A stretch of DNA of 60,062 nucleotides, from contig JBBDZM010000015.1 in the NCBI GenBank assembly GCA_040900165.1, forward strand, positions 5,383-65,444. The letters run 5' to 3'. The stretch is from Patescibacteria group bacterium. Lineage in GTDB: Bacteria; Patescibacteriota; UBA1384; 2-12-FULL-50-11. The position numbers and the translations under genes were made by a program. The notes under the pieces were generated by a model. That model was not told where the DNA came from. It was given only the letters and a program-made list of their open reading frames with translations, and searched no databases. This document shows positions 19,665-28,418 of this stretch, in pieces (position 1 is the first letter of the stretch; the number at the start of each line of letters is the position of its first letter).

Positions 19665-19758
19665 TTGGTTTGAGGATACCGGATTAACCCTGTTGTGGGA
19701 AGGGAAAATAGGGTAAAGAAATAGCCGCGCTTTCGCGCGGCAATCGATACGACTCTTC

Positions 19759-20109
19759 TCAAGCACTTAGTCGAAACATGACGAGTTCCTGATCTTCTCC
19801 CCAAAGATCGCCAGTCATGTGATGTGGCTCGGGGCGACAGATCACCCACTCCTTGAAAAAGCCTTTTGGCGGGAAGATGAAGCCGAAGGTCGCTTTTACG
19901 ACTTCTGGAGCATCGTCCATTTGGGGAGTTGGTGTCATCCGCACATCTCCTGGCCGTGGCGCTATATCGAACGCCAACATACCAGGTACGCTCTCGAGCT
20001 CTTCGCAGGTCGCCGGATGCCCAAGCAATTTACCAACAGTTGTTGCTATTAGCTCGACGGTATGACTTTTTTCCTCGCTTCTTACGGTGATGGTCATTAT
20101 TATGTTCAT
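19759..20109 (-). CDS. hypothetical small protein
   Basis: ORF with ATG at 20109 (MNIIMTITV...). No family recognised and weak support. Confidence 0.3.
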   Translation of the reverse strand: MNIIMTITVRSEEKSHTVELIATTVGKLLGHPATCEELESVPGMLAFDIAPRPGDVRMTPTPQMDDAPEVVKATFGFIFPPKGFFKEWVICRPEPHHMTGDLWGEDQELVMFRLSA

Positions 20110-20181
20110 TTTGTCTCTCGCTGGCGAATTCCGCACCAGATGTGGCAGAACTATACCATATCTACCCTGAAAAGTCAAGGA

Positions 20182-21522
20182 TTAAACCCGATACTTCTGT
20201 AGTAATTCTTCCAGCACCGCTCGGTCGGAGAACGGCACTAATTGGCTTCCTACCGCCATCACTTTTTCGGCGCCTTTGCCGGTAACCAGCACCACGTCTT
20301 GCGGCCGGGCCAGCTCCAGGGCTTGGGCGATTGCTTCTTTGCGATCCGACACCCGCCACCACCATAAATCTTCACCGGATTCGCGGTACTTGAACGGCAC
20401 TTCCGATTCACGATTGACCTTCATCCGGCCCCGTTTGGGCCGGCCCTTGGAGATGCCGTTGGCCACTTCGTTGATAATTTGCTCGGGGTCTTCGTCGTAG
20501 GGGTCTTCGTTGGTGACAAACACGTAATCGGCATAGGTTCCGGCCAGTGCCCCTAAAATTGGCCGCTTGGTCTTGTCGCGCCGGCCGGTGGCGCCCAGCA
20601 CGGAGATTAACTTGCCGCGAACGGTTGGTTTGACGGTTTCGTAGACCTTTTGCAGGGCATCCGGGGTGTGAGCGTAGTCGACAATCACCGTAAAGGCCTG
20701 ACCGGCATCGACCACTTCCATTCGTCCCGGCACGGCGGTGACCCGACGCAACCCAACGACCACTGCTTCAATCGGTAGGCCCAGCCCGATCCCCACTGTC
20801 GCGGCCGCCAAGGCGTTGTAAACATTGAATTCCCCCGGCAGGGGCAAGTTAATACTGGCTTGGCGCTGGCCGATAACCAGCACAAAATCCGTCCCGCCCG
20901 GGCGGGCGTAGAGTTTTTTGGCGGCAATCAACGGCGAGCCGTGCAGGCCGTAGGTTAATACATGATCGGCCGGATATTTCAGAAAATCCTTGGCGTAGGG
21001 GTCGTCGTGGTTGACCACCGAAAGCTCGGGATGGTGGGCAAAGAGCTGCTCTTTGGCCTGGCGGTACTCGGTCATGGTGGTGTGGTAATCGAGGTGGTCG
21101 TGGGTGAGATTGGTAAATACCGCCGCCTGGAACTCCAGCCCCCAGAGACGGTGCTGGTCCAGGGCGATGGAAGTAACTTCAACAACGGCGTCTTCACAGC
21201 CGGCCTCAACCATTTTTTTCAAGAGTTTTTGCAGGGCAAATGGGCTGACTGTCGTCATTTTGATGTTGTTTTCAATTAATTCCTCGCCAATTTTGAAGGT
21301 GGTGGTGGAGCTCATGCCAACTTTCCGGCCGCCGGCCTCCAGGATTGAGGCAATCATGTGGCAAGTAGTGGTTTTGCCGTTAGTGCCGGTGACGCCAATA
21401 ATCCGTAGTTTTTTGGCCGGGAAGCCGTAAATAACGTTAGCCAAAACGGCCATCACCAGGTGGTAGCGGTTAATGGATGTGCGAGAGAAAATTTTTCGAC
21501 CAATTTGTTTGAGGAAATTCAT
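20182..21522 (-). CDS. murE: Mur ligase, MurE-like (UDP-MurNAc-tripeptide synthetase)
   Basis: GVTGTNGKTTT P-loop, DYAHTPDAL and GATGRRDKTKRP. TNEDP replaces the mDAP-type DNPR motif. The N-terminal domain is very short. Confidence 0.75.
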   Translation of the reverse strand: MNFLKQIGRKIFSRTSINRYHLVMAVLANVIYGFPAKKLRIIGVTGTNGKTTTCHMIASILEAGGRKVGMSSTTTFKIGEELIENNIKMTTVSPFALQKLLKKMVEAGCEDAVVEVTSIALDQHRLWGLEFQAAVFTNLTHDHLDYHTTMTEYRQAKEQLFAHHPELSVVNHDDPYAKDFLKYPADHVLTYGLHGSPLIAAKKLYARPGGTDFVLVIGQRQASINLPLPGEFNVYNALAAATVGIGLGLPIEAVVVGLRRVTAVPGRMEVVDAGQAFTVIVDYAHTPDALQKVYETVKPTVRGKLISVLGATGRRDKTKRPILGALAGTYADYVFVTNEDPYDEDPEQIINEVANGISKGRPKRGRMKVNRESEVPFKYRESGEDLWWWRVSDRKEAIAQALELARPQDVVLVTGKGAEKVMAVGSQLVPFSDRAVLEELLQKYRV

Positions 21523-21601
21523 GTTGTTACTTTCCGCCGGCGCTTCTCGGCTAATTTGTACAAGTTAAAACGCGAGCTCTGCGAGCGGTTATGATGTATC
21601 A

Positions 21602-22558
21602 TCAAAAAGCTTTTCTCCTGCGCCTTTCTGCAAACCGATACATCGTATACCAGAAGCGGCTACCGATCAAATCCCAGCTGCCGAGCAGATGAATGCTCTG
21701 GCCACCAAATTGGGTCTTGAAACGGGTTAGGCCGGCATAAGGATGATTGAATGCTGCCGACGCCGCTGCGTCGGCAGGAGGAGAAATAGCCAGAAGATCA
21801 TAAATTTTACAGCCACGGCTCTTCGCTCGCTTCATCACTTCCCAATGCATCAAATACGGCGCCATTAGCGATCGCTCCGCCGGCTGGCGGACGGAGCCGC
21901 CGTAGAGATAGCTAGCCATTGAGCCGTAGTAAAGAATAATCCCGGCAGCCAGCGCCTTTTGGCCTTGGTAGACCGCGACGATTTCGCCCTGGTTATTTTC
22001 GGCCAAAAGGTTACAGAGATCTTGGAAGTATTTGGCGCCGCGACCGGAGAATTTGGAGCGCTTGGCTGTTTCAAAATATAAATCGAAAAAATCGCTAAGG
22101 AGTTGGTTGGTTAGGCCGGTTTTCACTTGTAGGTTATTGCGTTCGGCCACGCCGACGTTGTAGCGGCCTTTTGGCTTCATCTGCTTCAGAATTTCCTCTT
22201 CGCTACCTTCCAGGGACACCCATTGGCGATGCTCCGGCTGGACGTCTTCGAAAGATTTTTGCAGGCCCAGTTCGTAGAGCGTTTGGGCGGCCGGCTGGCT
22301 CCAGGGCGTTAAAAATTCAAAGCGGGTGAAGATATGCTTTTTGTGCGTGCCGTCGCGGATAATTTTGCCGATAGTTGCTATCGACTCTTCGGAAAACGGG
22401 ATCTCCGGGAAATACAGCATCGACTTGCCCAGCGGTAGCCGGCGAGCCAGACCGAGCAGGTTGTCGTAACGCCTGGCCGTCCAGCCAAAGCCGGCCTTAA
22501 ATTTCCCCCAAGAATCAGTTTGAAAATATGACGGGATCACACAATAAGTATACTGCAA
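21602..22558 (-). CDS. FemAB-family peptidoglycan interpeptide-bridge aminoacyltransferase
   Basis: 318 aa with a FemAB-like N-terminus (FQTDSWGKFKAGFGW) and a GNAT-like duplicated fold pattern. TTG start. Confidence 0.65.
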   Translation of the reverse strand: MQYTYCVIPSYFQTDSWGKFKAGFGWTARRYDNLLGLARRLPLGKSMLYFPEIPFSEESIATIGKIIRDGTHKKHIFTRFEFLTPWSQPAAQTLYELGLQKSFEDVQPEHRQWVSLEGSEEEILKQMKPKGRYNVGVAERNNLQVKTGLTNQLLSDFFDLYFETAKRSKFSGRGAKYFQDLCNLLAENNQGEIVAVYQGQKALAAGIILYYGSMASYLYGGSVRQPAERSLMAPYLMHWEVMKRAKSRGCKIYDLLAISPPADAAASAAFNHPYAGLTRFKTQFGGQSIHLLGSWDLIGSRFWYTMYRFAERRRRKAF

Positions 22559-22587
22559 TTAAACCTGAAAATCTGTAAGATTAGAGG

Positions 22588-22686
22588 GTGAAGATACTGG
22601 CGATTGAGACATCCTGTGACGATTTCGAGACTCATTTGAGAATACAATGGTTTATGTCGAGAACTCCGAGCAGGAGGTCAACATGA
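22588..22686 (+). other. relic copy of the tsaD 5' end (short upstream ORF)
   Basis: GTG AAG ATA CTG GCG ATT GAG ACA TCC TGT GAC GAT encodes (M)KILAIETSCDD, matching KILAIETSCDE of the real start at 22683. Three of the four codon differences are synonymous. The 32-codon ORF ends at a TGA overlapping the true ATG. Confidence 0.6.
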
Positions 22687-23726
22687 AAATATTAGCAATT
22701 GAGACATCCTGTGACGAAACCGCGGCCTCCATTGTCGAAGAAGACAATTTCCGCCCGGTTGTTTTGAGCGAAGCGGTGGCCTCGCAGATGGCTATCCATG
22801 CCGAGAGCGGTGGGGTTATTCCTAATGTTGCCGCCCGTTTGCACGTCGAAAATTTGCCAGCCGTGCTGAAGAAAGCCACCGACTCGCAGCGGCTGGACTA
22901 CGATGCTGTCGCGGTTACCGTTGGGCCCGGCTTGATCGGCTCACTCTTGGTTGGCGTGGCCGCCGCCAAAACGATTGCGATGGCTAAAGATTTGCCGTTT
23001 TTTGCCGTTAACCATATGGCTGGACATGTATATAGCGCTTGGCTAGCGCCAAGCGAAACTGGAGACTCGAAACTAGAGACTGGGTTGCCCCAGCTACCGG
23101 CGCTGTTTGTGATTGTCTCCGGCGGGCACACCGAATTGGTGTTGATGGAGCGGCATTACCGCTTCCAGCTGCTCGGCGCTACCCGGGATGACGCCGCCGG
23201 CGAGGCCTTCGACAAGGTTGCCCGGATGCTCGGCCTGCCCTACCCCGGCGGCCCGGCGATTTCGGAGCTGGCCCGCCATGGTCGAAGCGACGCCATTGAT
23301 TTCCCGATCGGCCTGAACGAACGCGACAACCTGGACTTTTCCTTCAGCGGTCTGAAAGGCGCTGTTTTCCACGAAATTCAAAAACACCCGGCTCCGCTTT
23401 CCGAGCATCTCCGCGCCGACATCGCCGCCAGCTTTCAAGACACCGTTGCCCGGACTATCAGCCGCAAAACCGTCGCCGCTCTGCAATCCAACCCGGAGGT
23501 TCGCTCGGTCTGTTTGGTCGGCGGCGTGGCGGCTAATAAGCATCTGCGAGTTGAGCTAGAAAAGGCCGTCAAAAATGCCCGGGGCGATGTTCAATTCCAT
23601 TTAGCTCCGCTGCAGTACTGTACCGACAACGCCGCCATGATTGGCGCGGCGGCAATTTTCAAACACCTATTTTCCAAGCCAGACGATTGGAGCCTGGTCG
23701 AAGCAAATCCAAACTTCGAACTATGA
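22683..23726 (+). CDS. tsaD: tRNA N6-adenosine threonylcarbamoyltransferase TsaD
   Basis: MKILAIETSCDETA, NHMAGH, SGGHTEL and GGVAANK motifs. AGGAGG lies 7 nt upstream of ATG 22683, so the track ORF start at 22647 is probably too long. Confidence 0.93.
   Translation: MKILAIETSCDETAASIVEEDNFRPVVLSEAVASQMAIHAESGGVIPNVAARLHVENLPAVLKKATDSQRLDYDAVAVTVGPGLIGSLLVGVAAAKTIAMAKDLPFFAVNHMAGHVYSAWLAPSETGDSKLETGLPQLPALFVIVSGGHTELVLMERHYRFQLLGATRDDAAGEAFDKVARMLGLPYPGGPAISELARHGRSDAIDFPIGLNERDNLDFSFSGLKGAVFHEIQKHPAPLSEHLRADIAASFQDTVARTISRKTVAALQSNPEVRSVCLVGGVAANKHLRVELEKAVKNARGDVQFHLAPLQYCTDNAAMIGAAAIFKHLFSKPDDWSLVEANPNFEL
23055..23082 (+). repeat. period-7 heptad array in frame inside tsaD
   Basis: GAAACTG GAGACTC GAAACTA GAGACTG encodes ETGDSKLETG. 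It shares GAAACTAGAGACT with the udg insertion. Confidence 0.7.
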
Positions 23727-23771
23727 CATTGACCAACCAATACAAAGGATGTACTATTTATTTACTAAAAC

Positions 23772-23806
23772 GCCCTGTGAGGCCTCTGGCATTTGCAGGG
23801 CTTTTT
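23772..23806 (+). terminator. intrinsic terminator after tsaD
   Basis: GCCCTG ... CAGGGC stem followed by TTTTT. Confidence 0.5.
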
Positions 23807-23822
23807 ACATACCATATAACAG

Positions 23823-24362
23823 ATGAAACTTCGGGTTACGGTACTGATTGACGGCAGTAATTTTTATTTCAAATTAAAAGACTTGAAGTTGAACAACCTC
23901 TTGGGCTTTAACTTCGGGACATTTGTCAGAGACCTGGTTGGCGAGAAAAACAATTTGGTTCATGCCACCTACTACGTCGGGCGAATTAGACAAGATGGCA
24001 GCAAAAAAACCGAGAAATTATTTGCCAGTCAACAAAAACTAATTGCCGCCCTGAAGAAGCACGGCGTCCGCTACTCTTTTGGGTATCTTCTGAAAACTGA
24101 TGGGCGCTATCACGAAAAAGGCGTCGATGTCCAAATGGCGACGGATATTTTGGTGGCTTCCTACGAAAATACCTGCGACAAAGTTGTCCTTGTTTCTTCC
24201 GATACCGATTTAGCTCCAGCGATAAAAAAATCCCGGGAAAAGAAAAGACGTGTTGAGTATATCGGCTTTTCCCACCAGCCCAGCGTTGCGATGGTTAGCT
24301 TCTGTTCCTCGTCGCGTCTATTAACAAAAGAGGAAATAAATCAGTACGCCTCGGGAAAATAA
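23823..24362 (+). CDS. NYN/LabA-like domain protein
   Basis: VLIDGSNFYF, GVDVQMATDIL and VLVSSDTDLAPA are acidic NYN/PIN-like nuclease motifs. The stop overlaps the valS ATG (TAATG). Confidence 0.75.
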   Translation: MKLRVTVLIDGSNFYFKLKDLKLNNLLGFNFGTFVRDLVGEKNNLVHATYYVGRIRQDGSKKTEKLFASQQKLIAALKKHGVRYSFGYLLKTDGRYHEKGVDVQMATDILVASYENTCDKVVLVSSDTDLAPAIKKSREKKRRVEYIGFSHQPSVAMVSFCSSSRLLTKEEINQYASGK

Positions 24363-26509
24363 TGAACGAAATTCCTACCCGTTACGACCACGCTAAAGAG
24401 CCGGATTTGTATAAATCTTGGGAGGAGGCCGGCGAGTTTAAACCGACTGGCAACGGCGAGCCGTTCTCGATGATTATCCCGCCGCCCAACGTCACCGGCG
24501 ATCTCCATTTAGGCCACGGCCTGACTTACGCCGTCCACGACACCATTGCTCGGCACCAGCGCCGGCTTGGCAAAGATGTTTTGCTGCTACCGGGCGCCGA
24601 CCACGCCGCCATTGCCGTCCAACACTTGGTGGAGAAAAAACTCCAAAAAGATGGGGTGCGCCGGACGGAAATGGGCCGAGAAAAATTCCTCGAAGAGGTC
24701 TGGAAGTGGACTAACTATTATCTGCCGCGGATTCAAGCGAGTTTGCGCCGGTTTGGCTTGTCGGCCGACTGGAGTCGGTTTCGTTTTACGATGGACGAAC
24801 AGTCGCAGAAAGCCGTGACCGAGGCCTTTGTCCGCTTGCACGAGCAGGGATTAATTTACCAAGGAACGTATCTAATCAACTGGGACCCGAAGCTGCAGAC
24901 GGCCGTCTCGGACGACGAAGTTAACTATCAGCAAATTACCGGCAAACTTTATTGGATTAAGTACGGCCCGATCAGCGTGGCCACTACCCGGCCGGAGACG
25001 AAGCTGGGCGACACGGCCATCGCCGTCAACCCGATCGACCAGCGCTATAAAAAGTACGTCGGCCAAGAAATTGAGTTCAAAAACGAGCAGGGAGCCATGC
25101 AGAAACTGCCGGTGATTGCCGACGAGTCGGTTGACCCGGAGTTTGGCACTGGCGCTCTCAAGGTAACCCCCGCCCACGACCCGCTGGACTGGGAGCTCGG
25201 CCAAAAACACAAATTACCGAGCAAGCAGGTGATCGATCAATTCGGCAAAATCTCGGCCGAAGGCCCGTACGCCGGGCTGAAAACACTGGAAGCCCGGGAA
25301 AAAATTGTGGCCGACTTAGAAAAGCTGGGTTTGCTGGAAAAAGTGACCGAGCACAACATCCGCCAGCCAATCTCGGAACGCTCCGGAGCGATCATTGAGC
25401 CGCTGCCGTCAAAACAGTGGTTTATGAAAACCACCGCTCTCAAAAACGAGGCGGCCAAAGCCGTCCAAAGCGGCGCGATTAAGTTTTACCCAAAGAACGT
25501 CGAGAAAATTTACTTTCATTGGCTGGAGAATCTGCACGACTGGTGTATCTCTCGGCAGTTGTGGTGGGGACACCACATTCCGGCTTGGTACTGCCGGAAT
25601 GCAAGTGGCAAGGGTCAAGTAGCAAGTAGCAAAGAGCCGGTTATTGCTGCCCAAAGGCCGAAAAAATGCCCAATTTGCGGGGAATGCGAGATGGTTCAGG
25701 ACCCGGATGTGCTGGACACTTGGTTTTCGGCGGGGATTTGGCCGTTCTCGACGTTAGGCTGGCCTTTACCCCGAGCGAAGTCGAGGGGTTCCGACGATAT
25801 CGCTTCTCAACAATCCGATTTCACCCGCTACTTCCCCACTTCCCTGCTGGAAACTGGTGCCGATATACTGTTTTTCTGGGTCGCCCGGATGATTATGATG
25901 AGCCAAGCCCTGACTAAACAAATTCCATTCAAAGAAGTTTACTTTCACGGCCTGGTTTTGGACGATCAGGGGCAGAAAATGAGCAAGAGCAAGGGCAACG
26001 TACTGGATCCGCTGGCATTAATTGACAAATACGGCGCCGATGCTGTCCGGATGAGCTTAATCGGCGGTAACTCCGCCGGACTACCGCAACGGTTCTCCGA
26101 GCAGAAAGTGCTGAAATACCGCAATTTTGTCACTAAAATCTGGAATGCCGCCCGCTTCACCGCACTCTCAGCGGGAAATTCTAAACTCGAAACTCTAAAC
26201 TCTAAAAGTCTTGATGAAACTGAAAAGAAATTCATTAAACGCTTAGATGCTCTGGAGAAAGACAATCCGCGCTTAATCGCCGGCTACAAGCTGGGCGTGG
26301 CGCTGGAGGCGCTCTACGAATTTTTCTGGCATGATTTTGCCGACCAATTAATCGAGTACGAAAAGAAAATTATCCAAGAATCTACCGATCCGGGCCGAGT
26401 CCGCCAAAGCCAAGAGTTTCTGATGCTGGTGCTAAAACGCCAACTAACGCTGCTGGAAGATTTCGCGCCGTTTGTGGTCCGGACGATTAAAAAAGAGATG
26501 CTCCATTGA
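24362..26509 (+). CDS. valS: valine--tRNA ligase (short form, no C-terminal coiled coil)
   Basis: PPPNVTGDLHLGHG (HIGH), TTRPETKLGDTAIAV and KMSKSKGN. Only 715 aa. Confidence 0.92.
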   Translation: MNEIPTRYDHAKEPDLYKSWEEAGEFKPTGNGEPFSMIIPPPNVTGDLHLGHGLTYAVHDTIARHQRRLGKDVLLLPGADHAAIAVQHLVEKKLQKDGVRRTEMGREKFLEEVWKWTNYYLPRIQASLRRFGLSADWSRFRFTMDEQSQKAVTEAFVRLHEQGLIYQGTYLINWDPKLQTAVSDDEVNYQQITGKLYWIKYGPISVATTRPETKLGDTAIAVNPIDQRYKKYVGQEIEFKNEQGAMQKLPVIADESVDPEFGTGALKVTPAHDPLDWELGQKHKLPSKQVIDQFGKISAEGPYAGLKTLEAREKIVADLEKLGLLEKVTEHNIRQPISERSGAIIEPLPSKQWFMKTTALKNEAAKAVQSGAIKFYPKNVEKIYFHWLENLHDWCISRQLWWGHHIPAWYCRNASGKGQVASSKEPVIAAQRPKKCPICGECEMVQDPDVLDTWFSAGIWPFSTLGWPLPRAKSRGSDDIASQQSDFTRYFPTSLLETGADILFFWVARMIMMSQALTKQIPFKEVYFHGLVLDDQGQKMSKSKGNVLDPLALIDKYGADAVRMSLIGGNSAGLPQRFSEQKVLKYRNFVTKIWNAARFTALSAGNSKLETLNSKSLDETEKKFIKRLDALEKDNPRLIAGYKLGVALEALYEFFWHDFADQLIEYEKKIIQESTDPGRVRQSQEFLMLVLKRQLTLLEDFAPFVVRTIKKEMLH
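25601..25635 (+). repeat. period-7 array in frame in the valS Zn-knuckle region
   Basis: GCAAGTG GCAAGGG TCAAGTA GCAAGTA GCAAAGA encodes ASGKGQVASSKE, between WYC and CPICGEC. Confidence 0.6.
26175..26209 (+). repeat. period-7 array in frame in valS
   Basis: GAAATTC TAAACTC GAAACTC TAAACTC TAAAAGT encodes GNSKLETLNSKS. Confidence 0.7.
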
Positions 26510-26543
26510 CAAACGTACACTTTGTCTGTACGTTAAATGTCTA

Positions 26544-26795
26544 ATGCCTAAATCGATTAAAATAACTTCTTTGCGAGATAACTTAGCCGAGGCTCTTAAG
26601 CAGGCAAAAGACGATAACTTTTTAATTGTTACAAAAAATAATCAGCCCATTAGCGCTTTGGTTGATATTGATTATTTTGAAGATTTACTAACAATCTCTA
26701 ACCCTCGGTTTCTATCTTCGTTAGAAGAATCGAAGCGCCAGGTGAAAAATGGCGAAATCTACACCTTGGAAGAGGTAATGAAAGAGCTTAACTAA
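26544..26795 (+). CDS. Phd/YefM-type antitoxin
   Basis: 83 aa with SLRDNLAEALKQAK...FLIVTKNNQPISALVDIDYFEDLL, directly upstream of a RelE/ParE toxin. ATG at 26544 is preferred over the track start. Confidence 0.75.
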   Translation: MPKSIKITSLRDNLAEALKQAKDDNFLIVTKNNQPISALVDIDYFEDLLTISNPRFLSSLEESKRQVKNGEIYTLEEVMKELN

Positions 26796-26809
26796 GGCGC
26801 CGGTTTCTA

Positions 26810-27067
26810 ATGGCGCACTACCAGGTAATATTAGCTAAGAACGCTCGTCGGGACTTAGTAAAACTTGATCGTATTACCAGAGGAAGGGCAACGAAAGTGC
26901 TGTTGTTGTTAGCAGAGGATCCGCTGCGTGGTGTTGTTAAGCTCCGGGGGAAAGACGAAACGCTCCTCCGTGCTCGCGCCGGTTCCTACAGGATTGTTTT
27001 TAGGGTTGTTTCGAATACGGTCGAGATTCTTCGGATTGCTCATCGTAAAGACATTTACAAGAGATGA
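26810..27067 (+). CDS. RelE/ParE-family toxin
   Basis: 85 aa with the ...LRARAGSYRIVFRVVSNTVEILRIAHRKDIY C-terminal signature. Confidence 0.8.
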   Translation: MAHYQVILAKNARRDLVKLDRITRGRATKVLLLLAEDPLRGVVKLRGKDETLLRARAGSYRIVFRVVSNTVEILRIAHRKDIYKR

Positions 27068-27417
27068 ACACCCGTTTTTGGTTATATTTATTGGCGGCAA
27101 TTATTATTAGCGGTTTGGGTAGTTATTTGAGCTGGGTTAAAACCAGCCAGGCCGGCGAGCTAGCCGCCATTGAGCGGCAGGCGGCCGAAACGCGACTAGC
27201 GACGATGGATAGCTACTTGGCCAAACAGACCGATGGCCGAAAAATGATCAGCTTGGCTAAAAAAGTAGAGAAAAGCGCGCCGGAGCTGGTGGAGCCAATC
27301 GTGCTGAAAGCGTACGAACTGCTACCCAACAGCCGCGACGCGGCGCTGCTGGCCAGCCACTACCGGCCGGAATTAAAAGATAAGGTCAAAGAACTCGACC
27401 CACTTTATTCGCAGTAA
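27064..27417 (+). CDS. hypothetical membrane-anchored protein
   Basis: ATGA overlap with the toxin stop, one N-terminal TM helix and a helical remainder. Confidence 0.45.
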   Translation: MNTRFWLYLLAAIIISGLGSYLSWVKTSQAGELAAIERQAAETRLATMDSYLAKQTDGRKMISLAKKVEKSAPELVEPIVLKAYELLPNSRDAALLASHYRPELKDKVKELDPLYSQ

Positions 27418-27446
27418 AGAAAAAGGGGCGCACTTGCGCGCGCCCC
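27418..27446 (-). terminator. intrinsic terminator for the lipoprotein gene
   Basis: GGGGCGC ... GCGCCCC GC-rich stem. On the minus strand it is followed by TTTTTCT. Confidence 0.5.
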
Positions 27447-27462
27447 TGGTACAGTGGGGATT

Positions 27463-28314
27463 TCAATAGTCGACTGGGATTTCCTCTCCAGGTTTTGGTA
27501 AGGGTGTCCCAGGGATGTCCGGCTTTTTGAAAGCATAAAGCCGACCATTAAATGTGCTGAACTTCCCTGTGCCAAGGTAGATGTGGTAAGTACTTGATTT
27601 CTCCATTGAGAAATCATCACACAACCTAATGATCGCACTGTGTTCTCCAGTAGAAAAGTCAGTGTCGGTGATTTTTTCGATGGTTTTACCATCGTAATAT
27701 GCACTTACCGTCAACAAGTTATTACCAACGGTTCCCTTGGCATGGAGCCTAACTCGATCAACTTTTGAATCCCAAAGACTAGAAGAGAACCTAGCGTCCT
27801 CTTCGTCAATGTCAAAATAAGCTAGTAGCTCATTAATAGTGGGCAATGGTTCTCTCAAGGTTCTACTATTGACTGCGACAGCAAGGATTATTCCGGTACC
27901 GGTATCAACTGATGCCATACAGTTAAGATTCCAGTCCGACAATATTTCTTGCTTCCCGTCTTTTTTGGGGAAGTACCAATCATATTCAATGAATGTGACT
28001 CCCTCATGCGTAAATGGTCCTGTTTTACCCCCAGGTTCTCCAAGAACAGTACCAAGCCTCTGAGCATCTTTACCAACGAGCTCGAACATGTCTACTAGGA
28101 TTCTGTTCTCTGTGATCCATATCGGTTTAACTGGTTCTTGCTCAGCCAACATACCAACTTGCAGATCTTCGGTTGTTGCTGTCTGCTGGTACTGATCAGC
28201 TTGCAACCCCTGATCGTTACTGCCTGAATAGCCAACCTCTTCGGCGTTACAGGAAACAGCGAAAATTGTGAGAGCCGCCCAAGCGGCTAGAATGATTACT
28301 TTGAGTTTTCTCAT
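27463..28314 (-). CDS. hypothetical lipoprotein
   Basis: Signal peptide with lipobox-like FAVSC (MRKLKVIILAAWAALTIFAVSCNAEE). No family recognised. Divergent from the T4SS-like operon. Confidence 0.5.
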   Translation of the reverse strand: MRKLKVIILAAWAALTIFAVSCNAEEVGYSGSNDQGLQADQYQQTATTEDLQVGMLAEQEPVKPIWITENRILVDMFELVGKDAQRLGTVLGEPGGKTGPFTHEGVTFIEYDWYFPKKDGKQEILSDWNLNCMASVDTGTGIILAVAVNSRTLREPLPTINELLAYFDIDEEDARFSSSLWDSKVDRVRLHAKGTVGNNLLTVSAYYDGKTIEKITDTDFSTGEHSAIIRLCDDFSMEKSSTYHIYLGTGKFSTFNGRLYAFKKPDIPGTPLPKPGEEIPVDY

Positions 28315-28418
28315 GTGAAGTACGCTCCTCTGTGCGAGTTGGCCAAAGCTTAGCAGAAATAGCTGCCGAAGTCAGCCCAAATTTCACACTTTTTTCTCAA
28401 GGCTGGTATGCTGGGAAT

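Noticed and set aside
23094-23543. 149-aa ORF antisense to tsaD, and similar long antisense ORFs in virB4 (34423..34791), the giant gene and recA
   Set aside because: All are nested opposite strongly supported genes with family motifs. They are typical shadow ORFs of moderately GC-rich coding sequence.
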